Shown here in pieces: positions 53,145-63,107 of a stretch of 64,000 bases of DNA; within the stretch, counting starts at the first letter, position 1, and every line of letters starts with the position of its first letter. A program made the position numbers and the translations under genes. This DNA is from Flavobacteriales bacterium (GTDB lineage: Bacteria > Bacteroidota > Bacteroidia > Flavobacteriales_D > Sanyastnellaceae), in NCBI GenBank assembly GCA_016722445.1, contig JADKIZ010000017.1, positions 21,853 to 85,852 of the forward strand. Direction: 5' to 3'. Below the pieces are notes generated by a model, which was given only the letters and a program-made list of their open reading frames with translations, made no database searches and was not told the origin of the DNA.

Positions 53145-53783
53145 TCATTTTTTGATCAACACTCCTACACCGAAACTGATGAGGGTAAAGAGAACCGGGA
53201 ACATCCAATCAAGCATGGTATAAGAAAAACCAGCAACAGTGATCAATGAAGCGATACCGATAATCATATCTTCTTTCAAGGTATTGAGCTTGATTTTTCC
53301 AGCCCATGCATAGAAGAAAATCGGAATGATAAAAATGAGCAATACAACATCTTTATAAAACGATTCGATGGGTTTCAATTTGATTGCATCACCGAAGCAC
53401 CCGCAGGTAAGCACACAATCAGGAGATTCGATGTAGTATTTGCCTTCAGCACTTTCGAAAATGGCCAAAGAAGTTGGTTCACAATGTGAGGTATAGAAAG
53501 TAAGCCACGTGAAAAACACTGTCATGGCCAGAATAAGTGTCGTGGTCAGTTTCGGCCAGGCACCAAGCAGTACGGCAACTCCAAGCAAAACTTCACCGAT
53601 CACAATAAAAACAGAAATCGGAAGCGCATACTCGATTAAGCCGGGAAAACCAAGCGCTCTTTCACCGAAGTATTCTTCCAGTTTATAACTGAAACCAATG
53701 GCATCATTCACTTTGATGAGGCCGGAAACAATAAACAATGAACCTACAATGATTCTGCAAAACGTCATGATAATTTTCACCAT
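53145..53783 (-). CDS. DoxX-family membrane protein with an extended C-terminal membrane region
   Basis: 'FCRIIVGSLFIVSGLIKVND' DoxX-like N-terminus followed by further TM segments. Confidence 0.5.
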   Translation of the reverse strand: MVKIIMTFCRIIVGSLFIVSGLIKVNDAIGFSYKLEEYFGERALGFPGLIEYALPISVFIVIGEVLLGVAVLLGAWPKLTTTLILAMTVFFTWLTFYTSHCEPTSLAIFESAEGKYYIESPDCVLTCGCFGDAIKLKPIESFYKDVVLLIFIIPIFFYAWAGKIKLNTLKEDMIIGIASLITVAGFSYTMLDWMFPVLFTLISFGVGVLIKK

Positions 53784-53881
53784 ACAGCTTTAATTTTTAT
53801 ATGTGCATAAATGCTCAATTTCCTTTTCTGGTTGCATCCGTTAACGGCGAATTAACGACACTAACATCTTGTTGACACTTC

Positions 53882-54487
53882 CTACTTTGATTCATTCATC
53901 TGGATCAATGCAAACACCGCATAATTGATGATATCGCGATAACCACTGTCGATTCCTTCACTCACAATCGTCTGTCCTTGATTGTCTTCAATTTGTTTGA
54001 TGCGAAGTAATTTCATCAAAATCAAATCGGTGAAAGAAGAAACGCGCATATCCCGCCATGCTTCGCCATAGTCATGATTTTTTTTCATCATGAGATCTTT
54101 GGTGATGGCTACCTGATGATCATAAAGTGAAAGTGCTTTATCAGTCCCTAATTCTATTTCATCATTTTTCAATTCCAACTGAATCAAAGCCATGATAGCA
54201 TAATTGAGAATACCGACAAATTCGTCTTCGATGCCCTCACCCACTTTACTATAACCGTTTTCTTCCAAGGTTCGGATGCGTTGGGCTTTGATAAAGATCT
54301 GATCGGTGAGACTGCTGGTGCGCAAAATGCGCCACGCAGTTCCGTAGTCTTTTGTCTTCTTCAGAAAAAGATCGCGGCATTTATTCACGACAGTATCAAA
54401 TTGCGAATTGGTCTTCTCCAAGGTCACTGAATTTTGCGCGCAAATTTGGTTCGTGTTTACCTTGCTCCGGTCATTTTTTTCATCCAT
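53882..54487 (-). CDS. DUF1599 (tandem-repeat) protein, conserved neighbour of folP in Bacteroidota
   Basis: Two ~90-aa repeats: 'KDYGTAWRILRTSSLTDQIFIKAQRIRTLEE' / 'HDYGEAWRDMRVSSFTDLILMKLLRIKQIED'. Confidence 0.7.
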   Translation of the reverse strand: MDEKNDRSKVNTNQICAQNSVTLEKTNSQFDTVVNKCRDLFLKKTKDYGTAWRILRTSSLTDQIFIKAQRIRTLEENGYSKVGEGIEDEFVGILNYAIMALIQLELKNDEIELGTDKALSLYDHQVAITKDLMMKKNHDYGEAWRDMRVSSFTDLILMKLLRIKQIEDNQGQTIVSEGIDSGYRDIINYAVFALIQMNESK

Positions 54488-55345
54488 ATGGTAAAACCTG
54501 CTTACTCGCTCAATATCAGAGGAAAACTACTTTCATTGGAAAGGCCTTTGGTGATGGGTATTCTCAATATCACCCCGGATTCATTCCATGAGGCCAGCAG
54601 AATGCAGGAATCTCAGGCCATTTTGTACAAAGCTTCAAAGATGTTAGCCGAAGGTGCGGATATCCTGGATATCGGCGCTCAAAGCACGCGTCCGGGTGCA
54701 GAAATCATCTCTGAAGAAGAAGAAAAGAGCCGTATTCGAGGTGTTATTTCTGGTATTCTTCAAGCTCATCCTGATGCGATCATCTCCATCGACACCTTTC
54801 GATCGGGAGTGGCAAAAGCCGCAGTAGAGGAAGGAGCGTGTATGGTGAATGACGTATCGGGTGGTGATATGGATCCTCAGATGTTTCCATTCATCGCAGA
54901 ACATGGCATTCCTTACATCATCATGCACCATGAAGGTATACCTGCAAGTAGCAATCCATCAGATGAAGCCGATAAAACCGGAGAAGTGATCCATTATTTC
55001 TCTGAAAAAATCAATAGGCTCTGGGCTATGGGTGTCAAAGACCTCATCCTTGATCCAGGTTTTGGATTTGGAAAAAACACCTCGCAGAATTTGAAGCTGC
55101 TTCGCCATCTGGATCGTTTGGAAGTATTCGGTCTACCCATTTTGGCCGGACTTTCACGTAAAAAAACCATTCAACAAATTCTTGATACCAATGCGGCCGG
55201 TACACTCAATGGTACTACAGTGATGAATACAATCGCTTTGACAAAAGGCGCATCCATATTGAGGGTGCATGATGTTGCAGAAGCCAAAGAAGCCGTGCGA
55301 TTGTATTGTGCAGTGGAAGGAATGGTATCAGGAAAAAATTCGTGA
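54488..55345 (+). CDS. folP: dihydropteroate synthase
   Basis: 'LVMGILNITPDSFHEAS', 'DIGAQSTRPGAE', 'ILDPGFGFGKN' are classic DHPS motifs. The ORF-track start at 54434 is an over-extension, and the likely start is MVKPAYS. Confidence 0.9.
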   Translation: MVKPAYSLNIRGKLLSLERPLVMGILNITPDSFHEASRMQESQAILYKASKMLAEGADILDIGAQSTRPGAEIISEEEEKSRIRGVISGILQAHPDAIISIDTFRSGVAKAAVEEGACMVNDVSGGDMDPQMFPFIAEHGIPYIIMHHEGIPASSNPSDEADKTGEVIHYFSEKINRLWAMGVKDLILDPGFGFGKNTSQNLKLLRHLDRLEVFGLPILAGLSRKKTIQQILDTNAAGTLNGTTVMNTIALTKGASILRVHDVAEAKEAVRLYCAVEGMVSGKNS

Positions 55346-55918
55346 GATCGTTTTGCCAATGATCTTCAGGTCATTCGCAAAAGTGTGGTCTTTCACATAT
55401 TCCAGATTGAGTTTTAGTTTAGCCGGCATCACTTCATCGACATAAGTTCTTTCCGGATCGGCAGATTGAGCCAGCAATTCACTTTCGCTGAAATACAACA
55501 ATGACGCATAATCGGTGATCCCTGGTTTGATGGAAAGCACCTTTTTCTGTTCTGCAGAATACATTTCCACATACCTTGGGACTTCCGGTCTGGGGCCAAC
55601 CATGCTCATTTCACCTACGAAAACATTCCACAATTGTGGTAATTCATCCATTTTATACTTCCGCAATACGTAGCCTGTTTTGGTAATTCTGTTGTCTCGG
55701 GCACCAACGGTAAGCTGTCCCTTTTTCTCAGAACCGGGACGCATGGTGCGAAACTTCCAAAGTTTGAATGCCCTTTCATTTTTGCCCACCCTGATTTGTC
55801 CGAAAAAAACACCTCCTCTGCTGTCTAAAACAATCGATAAAGCAATCACCAAAAAAAGAGGTAAGAGCACAAGTAACATACAAGCAGAGAAGAATATGTC
55901 GAACATCCTTTTCATCAT
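55328..55918 (-). CDS. small bacterial sugar transferase (PglC/WbaP C-terminal-domain type, undecaprenyl-phosphate glycosyl-1-phosphate transferase)
   Basis: 'FDIFFSACMLLVLLPLFLVIALSI', 'LWKFRTM', 'DELPQLWNV', 'MSMVGPRP'. Confidence 0.8.
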   Translation of the reverse strand: MMKRMFDIFFSACMLLVLLPLFLVIALSIVLDSRGGVFFGQIRVGKNERAFKLWKFRTMRPGSEKKGQLTVGARDNRITKTGYVLRKYKMDELPQLWNVFVGEMSMVGPRPEVPRYVEMYSAEQKKVLSIKPGITDYASLLYFSESELLAQSADPERTYVDEVMPAKLKLNLEYVKDHTFANDLKIIGKTISRIFS

Positions 55919-57135
55919 GACAATACCGATTCAATAGCTACGACAAGGGTTTCGCATACATATTTCACATCGTCATCGGTGAGATCATAATAAACAGGTA
56001 AAGAAATTTCATTGGAATATTGAGCCATGGCATTTGGATAATCAGACGCGAGATAGCCCAAGTTTTTATAGAAAGAGAGCAATGGCAGCGGTTGAAAATG
56101 GACGTTTAAAGAAACACCCTTTTCTGCACAAATCCTGATTACTTCATCCCGGCCAGCTTCGTTCAATCCCTTGATCCGTAAGGCATACAGATGATAACAA
56201 CTTTCCGATTTATCTTCCATGAAACACGGTTCAACAAACCACTTTCTGCCACCCAAAATACTGGAATACAATTCGCAAATGGCCTTTCTTCTTGGCAACG
56301 TTTCACTATCGTAACGATCCATTTCAACCAAACCAATCACGGCATGAATGTCGGTGAGATTACATTTATAGCCAGCTTCAACGATATCATATCTCCACTG
56401 ACCCGCTTGCGTTTTAGCCAGTGCGTCTTTCGATTGACCATGCAAAGCAGAAACATTTAGTGAAGCACGAACAGCCGCGTTGTCGAAAGGTTCAGGAAGA
56501 TTAAAGGTCAAAGCTCCACCTTCTGCGGTGGTTAGATTTTTTACAGCGTGAAATGAAAAACCCATCACGTCGGTTTGAGCGCCCACTTTTTTACCTTGAT
56601 AAATAGCGCCGAAACTGTGGGCCGCATCGGACATCACCAATATCCTTCCCAATTTACTTTGATGTTCGTTCGCAGGTTGAAACAGTTGACGTATTTCCTC
56701 CTCATGAACAAGCTTCATGAAAGCCTCGTAATCACAGGGCATGCCGCCAATATCAACGGGCATGATGACTTTGGTACGTGGGGTGATTTTTGCACGCACA
56801 GCAGCAATATCGATCGCAAATGAATTTTCCGCAACATCTACCAATATTGGTTTAGCACCAACATGTATCACAATGTTCGCTGTAGCGGCATAGGTATAAG
56901 CCGGCAAAATCACTTCATCGCCAGGACCAACTCCGAACCAACGCAAAACCAATTCAGCAGCGTTGGTCCATGAATTCAAACACAACGTAGCCGCACTGCC
57001 ACAATACGCATTGATTCTGGACTCCAGTTCCCGGGTTTTTGGTCCGGTGGTAATCCATCCGGAAAGCAAAACCTCCGTAACGGCATCAACCGTTTTCTGA
57101 TCGATGCGTGGAGGTGAAAAAGGAATTTGCTTCAT
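55915..57135 (-). CDS. DegT/DnrJ/EryC1/StrS-family PLP-dependent sugar aminotransferase
   Basis: 'VILPAYTYAATANIV', 'DAAHSFGA', 'GFSFHAVKNLTTAEGGAL' (PLP-lysine context). Its 4-nt overlap with the transferase gene indicates an operon. Confidence 0.75.
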   Translation of the reverse strand: MKQIPFSPPRIDQKTVDAVTEVLLSGWITTGPKTRELESRINAYCGSAATLCLNSWTNAAELVLRWFGVGPGDEVILPAYTYAATANIVIHVGAKPILVDVAENSFAIDIAAVRAKITPRTKVIMPVDIGGMPCDYEAFMKLVHEEEIRQLFQPANEHQSKLGRILVMSDAAHSFGAIYQGKKVGAQTDVMGFSFHAVKNLTTAEGGALTFNLPEPFDNAAVRASLNVSALHGQSKDALAKTQAGQWRYDIVEAGYKCNLTDIHAVIGLVEMDRYDSETLPRRKAICELYSSILGGRKWFVEPCFMEDKSESCYHLYALRIKGLNEAGRDEVIRICAEKGVSLNVHFQPLPLLSFYKNLGYLASDYPNAMAQYSNEISLPVYYDLTDDDVKYVCETLVVAIESVLS

Positions 57136-57205
57136 AGTGGTGCGAAGTAAAAGCAGTTTTACAGCTCGTTCAAAACATTCCCAACAGGATGTGAATGATT
57201 AGATG

Positions 57206-57907
57206 TTAAAAGGAGGAATCATTCATTGGATGATCAAAATGCCAGATTCCAAGGTGATCCGGAAACTGCAGTTCCTTTTGGAGCATTTCCAAAAACTCCG
57301 CTCTTGGAACTCCGCGGGCGCCAAGAGAAGTAAGATGTTCGGTGACCACCTGACAATCCAAGATTTTCCAACCCGATTGATGCAGGAATTGGGCTAAGCG
57401 GATAAAAGCCACTTTAGAACTATTGGCAGCACGACTGAACATGCTTTCGCCAAAAAACACATGCCCCATGGAAAGTCCATAAAGCCCACCAACTAGCTGA
57501 TCATTTTCCCAAACTTCTACCGAATGAGCATAACCCATACGGTGCAATTCACAATAAGCATCGGCCATTTCATCGAATAACCATGTCGCATTTTCACGTT
57601 CACCTTCGCGGCAACCCTCAATCACATCCCTGAATGCCAAATCCATGGTCACGCGGTATTTTCCCTGATTAAAAGTATTGCGCATGGAATGTGAAATACG
57701 GACTTCGTCGGTAAAAAGAACACAGCGTGTTTCCGGACACCACCAAATTATTTCTCCTGGAATATTGTACCATGGAAAAATACCCCTTCTGTAGCCCGTC
57801 AGTAATCTTTGCGGATCAAGATCACCGCCAACAGCAACAACATCATCACTGAATTCGTCTTCTGGAGGAAACCAATGTTCATCGTCTGGCAGCAGATAAA
57901 TGGGCAT
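57206..57907 (-). CDS. aat: leucyl/phenylalanyl-tRNA--protein transferase
   Basis: 'GIFPWYN', 'IIWWCPETRCVLF', 'GGLYGLSMGHVFFGESMFS'. Confidence 0.85.
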   Translation of the reverse strand: MPIYLLPDDEHWFPPEDEFSDDVVAVGGDLDPQRLLTGYRRGIFPWYNIPGEIIWWCPETRCVLFTDEVRISHSMRNTFNQGKYRVTMDLAFRDVIEGCREGERENATWLFDEMADAYCELHRMGYAHSVEVWENDQLVGGLYGLSMGHVFFGESMFSRAANSSKVAFIRLAQFLHQSGWKILDCQVVTEHLTSLGARGVPRAEFLEMLQKELQFPDHLGIWHFDHPMNDSSF

Positions 57908-58083
57908 AACAATAGGCGACTTGAAAGGTCGAAAATAAGAGTGGAATTCGAAATTACTACTCGAGGGCTAAATCTTCATTTATAAAAAAAACCAAGGAAA
58001 TCGAATCGGAAAGTGTAAAAAGAAAATAAACATCCATTGATTACTTGCTTGCTGAAAACTCTCCAGAATGACAGGCAACGTTT

Positions 58084-60816
58084 TTGGCAAAAATGGTGTT
58101 ACTTTGTCTAGTAGATCAATTGCTTAACCGTTTAACATACCGCTCACTGGCAGCAGCTCTGATGTTGTTGTTCACCTTCATTGGACATAAGTCCATGAAT
58201 GCCACGCACATCGTGGGAGGTGAAATTACTTATGACTATTTAGGCAATGATTTGTATCTCGTGACCCTCACGATTTATAGGGATTGTGGACCTGCGAACA
58301 CCCAAGGAACCGGTTTTGATGCATCAGTCCAGATTGGTGTATTTCTATCCAATGGCACATCCTATGATGACAACTTCTTCATGTCCCTGAGTGATGCCGA
58401 TGTAGAATATATACCGGTTGAACTGGACAATCCATGCTTCATCCTTCCGCCCGATTTGTGTGTTGAAAGAGCTGTGTATACAGGTACCATCGATCTTCCA
58501 TTCAACGCAGGAGGATACACTCTGGTCCATCAGCGGTGTTGTCGAAACCCTTCCATTGTCAATCTTGATTTTCCGGAGGATCAGGGCGCCACGTTTACCA
58601 CACAGATACCAGGTACAAGTGAAATTTCCACTCAGAATACTTCAGCAGTATTCACCAACTTTCCTCCTATCGCATTGTGTTCAAATGCTGATTTTGTTTT
58701 CGACCACAGTGCGACAGATGCTGATGGAGATTCATTGGTTTACGAATTCTGTTCACCTGTGCTTGGCGGATCAGATTTCGACCCAGCACCTACACCAACC
58801 CCTCCGCCTTTTACCGGCTTGAATTACTCCTCAGGATTTAATTCGGGATATCCCATAGCAAGTGATCCGGCATTCGCCATCGATCCTGTCACAGGAATCA
58901 TTACCGGAACACCAACGGATTTTGGACAATATGTCATTGGTATTTGTGTGAGCGAATACCGCAATGGCATTTTGATCAACAGTTCCACCCGCGACTTTCA
59001 ATTCAATGTCACAGCATGTGATCCGGTGATTATTTCAACCATACCAGAACAAGAAGATTTTTGCAGTGGTGCCACCGTCACCTTTGACAACACGAGCTAC
59101 AACGCAGATTTTTTCCACTGGGATTTCGGTGTTGCAGGAACAGATGCAGATACAAGCAATCTGGAGTTTCCCACTTTTACCTATGATGAACCTGGGGTTT
59201 ATAACGTCACATTAGTTGCCAATCCCGGTTGGACATGCTCAGACTCATCCAACGTACAATTTACTGTAATGCCGGAAATTGTTCCAGTAATAACTGTGCA
59301 GGATTACAACTGCATCGATGGACACGATTACTACGACTTCTTTGTCACTTCAAATGCCACAAATACTGCTACCATAGCATGGGATTTTGGAAGTGATTCA
59401 GATCCTCAGCTTGCATCAGGGAACAATCCGCAATTGATTATGATGAATCCGGAAGCCCTACAAATGAATGTCACGGTAACTGTTACAGATAATGGTTGCG
59501 TAGGTACCGACACCGAAATCATCGACAATCCGGCTGATCCGTTTTCCTCCATTGTCCCGCAGGAAGCATTCTGTGATGGATATACCTATTCATTTGAGAA
59601 CAATGCGCTAAATGCCGAAAACTATTATTGGAATTTCGGAGTTGCTGGCGTTGGAGATGGATCGCAAGAAGCCAATCCGACTTTCACCTTTCCCAATTCT
59701 GGTACCTACCAAATCATGTTGGTGGTAAGTGCAGAATACACTTGCAGCGATACAAGTTATATGTCATTCGAAATCTTCGAACCACTTGATCCATTCTATC
59801 CCGATCATGACATTCAATGTCTTGATGAAAACAGTTTCGACTTTGCCGGACAAGGAGCGGGAACTGCGCTCGCCAGCTACGAATGGGATTTTGGAGCGTT
59901 TGCGACACCCACAACTTCTACTCAGCAGAATCCTCAGAATGTGGTATTCACTGTTCCAGACACACATATTGTCACTTTGACCATCTCCGAGAATGGTTGT
60001 GAAAAAACTTATATCGACTCTGTGCAGGTCGTAGATCACTTCATCGCAGACTTAACGCTGGACAATGCACAAGGTTGTCCTCCTCTACTTGTCGATCTGA
60101 ATGCCTCGGCTCAATCTGATGTCAATGTCTACTTCCTCTGGGAATTTGGAGATGGCACCACCTCCGAGCAAGGACTCACCACACACACCTATGAACATCC
60201 GGGTACCTATGATGTCACCATTACTGCATTTACATTGCAAGGATGTCAGGACAGTGTGATACAGGTATTCGACAATGCTGTTGTCGTTCATCCCAATCCC
60301 ATTCCCGGTTTCACCATCACACCACAACAGGTTGACATCCTCAATCCGGAAACAACCATTGCAGATTCATCCTACGGATCTACAGGATGTCATTATTTTA
60401 TGAGTGATGGCGGTGAATATTACGGCTGCGATTTCGATTATTTGTGGACAGAATCAGGCTTTCAGACCATTACACAACATGTGGTGAATGAATTCGGCTG
60501 CACAGCAGACGTCACCGGAACAGTTATCGTCAACGGATTTATTTTCTTCGCCCCCAACTCATTCACTCCAGATTTCGATGGGTTAAATGATGGATGGAAA
60601 CCTGAATTGACCGGTATTTCCAAATACGATTTGCAGATTTACAACAGATGGGGTGAACTCATTTTCCGAACAGATGATCCTAAAAAACCGTGGTTTGGAA
60701 ACAAGACAGGCAGCGATTATGTGATGGAAAATGAAGTCTACAATTATATTGTAAGAGCCGAAGACCTCATTGGACTTCCTCATGAATTCAAGGGACACAT
60801 CACGATCGTTAGATGA
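58084..60816 (+). CDS. gliding-motility-associated type B CTD (CHU_C-like) T9SS protein with PKD-like domains
   Basis: N-terminus 'NATHIVGGEITYDYLGNDLYLVTLTIYRDCG' (CHU-family start). The C-terminus 'FFAPNSFTPDFDGLNDGWKPELTGISKYDLQIYNRWGELIF...YNYIVRAEDLIG' is a type B sorting domain. The likely start is about 58162. Confidence 0.8.
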   Translation: MAKMVLLCLVDQLLNRLTYRSLAAALMLLFTFIGHKSMNATHIVGGEITYDYLGNDLYLVTLTIYRDCGPANTQGTGFDASVQIGVFLSNGTSYDDNFFMSLSDADVEYIPVELDNPCFILPPDLCVERAVYTGTIDLPFNAGGYTLVHQRCCRNPSIVNLDFPEDQGATFTTQIPGTSEISTQNTSAVFTNFPPIALCSNADFVFDHSATDADGDSLVYEFCSPVLGGSDFDPAPTPTPPPFTGLNYSSGFNSGYPIASDPAFAIDPVTGIITGTPTDFGQYVIGICVSEYRNGILINSSTRDFQFNVTACDPVIISTIPEQEDFCSGATVTFDNTSYNADFFHWDFGVAGTDADTSNLEFPTFTYDEPGVYNVTLVANPGWTCSDSSNVQFTVMPEIVPVITVQDYNCIDGHDYYDFFVTSNATNTATIAWDFGSDSDPQLASGNNPQLIMMNPEALQMNVTVTVTDNGCVGTDTEIIDNPADPFSSIVPQEAFCDGYTYSFENNALNAENYYWNFGVAGVGDGSQEANPTFTFPNSGTYQIMLVVSAEYTCSDTSYMSFEIFEPLDPFYPDHDIQCLDENSFDFAGQGAGTALASYEWDFGAFATPTTSTQQNPQNVVFTVPDTHIVTLTISENGCEKTYIDSVQVVDHFIADLTLDNAQGCPPLLVDLNASAQSDVNVYFLWEFGDGTTSEQGLTTHTYEHPGTYDVTITAFTLQGCQDSVIQVFDNAVVVHPNPIPGFTITPQQVDILNPETTIADSSYGSTGCHYFMSDGGEYYGCDFDYLWTESGFQTITQHVVNEFGCTADVTGTVIVNGFIFFAPNSFTPDFDGLNDGWKPELTGISKYDLQIYNRWGELIFRTDDPKKPWFGNKTGSDYVMENEVYNYIVRAEDLIGLPHEFKGHITIVR

Positions 60817-60901
60817 CCCAGATCAATTTTTTGATACTCCAATAGTAGAATCGTGGCTTCAAACAAGAATCCGCAATTGAATTCTGAGTTAAATTCGCGG
60901 T

Positions 60902-61236
60902 ATGACCAAAAAAATCTTACTTCCCATCTTGGTAGCTGGATTGGCTACACTGGCAGCATGTTCAGCTAAAAAAGCAACCGCAACTGCCGCTGCAATCACA
61001 CAAGCTGATGCTGATAAAGCAGCCATCAACTTCCCGGGCGCTACCCTTGCTTCATTGAATGAAGGAAAAATGCATTATGAAAACAATTGCGGCAAATGTC
61101 ACGCTCTGTTCCAACTACAGAATTCAGTACTGAAAAATGGCATAAAGTTGTTCCTCCCATGGCCGAAAAAGCTGAAGTAGATAAGAATGTAGAAGATCTT
61201 ATTTTGCAGTACGTGGCTACTATGGCAAAACCTTGA
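60902..61236 (+). CDS. small lipoprotein c-type cytochrome (single CxxCH), with its C-terminal third in another frame
   Basis: Lipobox 'LAACS' and heme motif 'NCGKCHAL'. The +1 frame continues '...KWHKVVPPMAEKAEVDKNVEDLILQYVATMAKP*'. Confidence 0.5.
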
Positions 61237-61362
61237 GTATTTAGTAGTTAGTATTGAGTAGTTAGTATTGAGTAGTTAGTATTTAGTATTGAGTAATTAG
61301 TATTGCAGAACGGGGTATGGTACTAGGTACTAGGTGTTAGGTGCTAGGTGTGGGTGCTGGAG
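61237..61362. repeat. short tandem repeats (~14-mer tagttagtattgag x4; 7-mer ctaggtg x5) opening an AT-rich repetitive region
   Basis: visible directly in the sequence. Confidence 0.8.
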
Positions 61363-62071
61363 TGCACTCAAACCTAGTAGCCTTTAGTTATAGTGCATTA
61401 TAGGTAACTAGTGCCAGTGAAAAATGAAGTCAGAATACAAAGAGTCAACTTTTAAGGACAATTCAAATACAGAATGACCTCCTAAATGACTTTGATTTGT
61501 TGGACTCTGAACTTAAAGAGAAGGAATAATTAATTTGGGAATTTATTGGGCTGATAGACTTGAAAACGAACAATTTCTCATTACATAACTATCCATCAAC
61601 AAACTACATTCTAACATTTTGGAAAGAGTCAATCGGAATTGCCACTGAAATGTTTTGGGCAGAATTGGAAAAAAACCATATTGACTATAAACGTAGTGAT
61701 GAATTAAACTTTGTTTTACAAAAGGGACGATTCAGAAGAGTAGATATAGGAATATTTGCAAACAGAGATTGGCAAGTGATAAAAGACTTTGGACTCAATT
61801 AAAGCAAGATTTTCAAAATAACAAAATTGAGAAGATTTCAAACATTATTGACTTAGATGAAAAATCTAGAGTTGAAATATTGAAAAAACTCCTTAAGAGG
61901 AAGGGAAATACCAACAACTCAACCCCGCAATTTTATACAGGCATTTGCATATGTAAGTAACCCTGGGCTTTGGGATAAACACTTTACCAATATAGAAGTA
62001 AATGAACTTTATGCAATTTGGAATAACAAGTGTGCAAGTGATCGTTAGACAATATAAAACTCCTATCGCAC

Positions 62072-62200
62072 CTACCATCAATTGGCGGTTCAGTGGTTTA
62101 ATGAAGATTTGTGCTGGAAGAAAGTTCAGTGATATATTTGAAAAGTAGTGCCAGAAGTCGCCAACTAATGGCAGATGCAAAACATTACTAGGGTACTAGG
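62072..62200. repeat. copy 1 of a ~110-130-bp dispersed repeat (core ggcggttcagtggttt...ctggaagaaagttcagtgatatatttgaaaag...gaagtcgccaac), overlapping a 52-aa ORF (62011-62169)
   Basis: About 85% identical to 62790-62930. A tactag/tagtatt-rich tail follows each copy. Confidence 0.7.
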
Positions 62201-62789
62201 TAACTGGTACTCGTACCTAGCACCTAGTTACTGCAATTTCAATGACGCGAGAATCAGGAATATATTTATTACTGTTGCTATTTTAATCTTTGGATACTTA
62301 GCATTAGAGTTGGGTTCTTCTTGATGGTCGACTAACCTATTCGACGTCCTTTACCCAAGACATCGATAGAAGATTCTAAATTGGCAAATTTGTTTGTCAC
62401 CGACAATTTGGATGTGAAAGTGAAGGAGACTCACTTAAAAATTGGCAGGATTATTTTAATATATGGACTAACAAACGCTATGAGATAAGGTATTTCGGCA
62501 TATTGTTTCACTGGACATTTGAAGATTCAACTTGGAGATATTTGCATATTGAACCCAAAGCATACTGGATACGAGAAAAGTGGTTTTAGACGAAGTTTGA
62601 CAATCAACGACCACACAAGGGATTACAAGAAAGAATTTTCATAAGCGGCCACGAATCTTGCTGCAATTGGGTGCCATGCAATGTCGATGATAAGGTTACT
62701 ATTCAGTTCCACAGAGCTTGGGAACACGATAGTATACTTGGTGACGTTAAAGTCACGATTAAATGACTAAAACTAGAAGCAACAGCTAA

Positions 62790-62930
62790 CTACCAGCAAT
62801 CGGCGGTTCAGTGGTTTCCAGAAGATTTGTACTGGAAGAAAGTTCAGTGATATATTTGAAAAGAAAATAGAAGTCGCCAACCACTGTAAAGCTACAAACA
62901 GAATAGCTACTAAATACTAAATACTAGTTA
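62790..62930. repeat. copy 2 of the dispersed repeat (no intact ORF)
   Basis: see copy 1. Confidence 0.7.
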
Positions 62931-63107
62931 CTTTTTAGCCATTTTAGCCACTCGACCCAAAAAAGCAACGCCCCTGCCACCTCATTTCTCACGGTGGGCT
63001 CTCATTAAGTGTAACTAGGAAAGTAATTCTGAAAATTTTTTACCCCCTCCCGGGGATTGGTCAAAAAATTTTCCGAAACAATTTCGATTAGCTTAACACT
63101 TTAAAAA

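Noticed and set aside
61560-61960. Two overlapping 63-80-aa ORFs in the AT-rich region
   Set aside because: They have low-complexity, Lys/Asn-rich AT-driven codon content and sit in a repeat-laden stretch. They are possibly remnants of decayed genes and are mentioned only in the findings.
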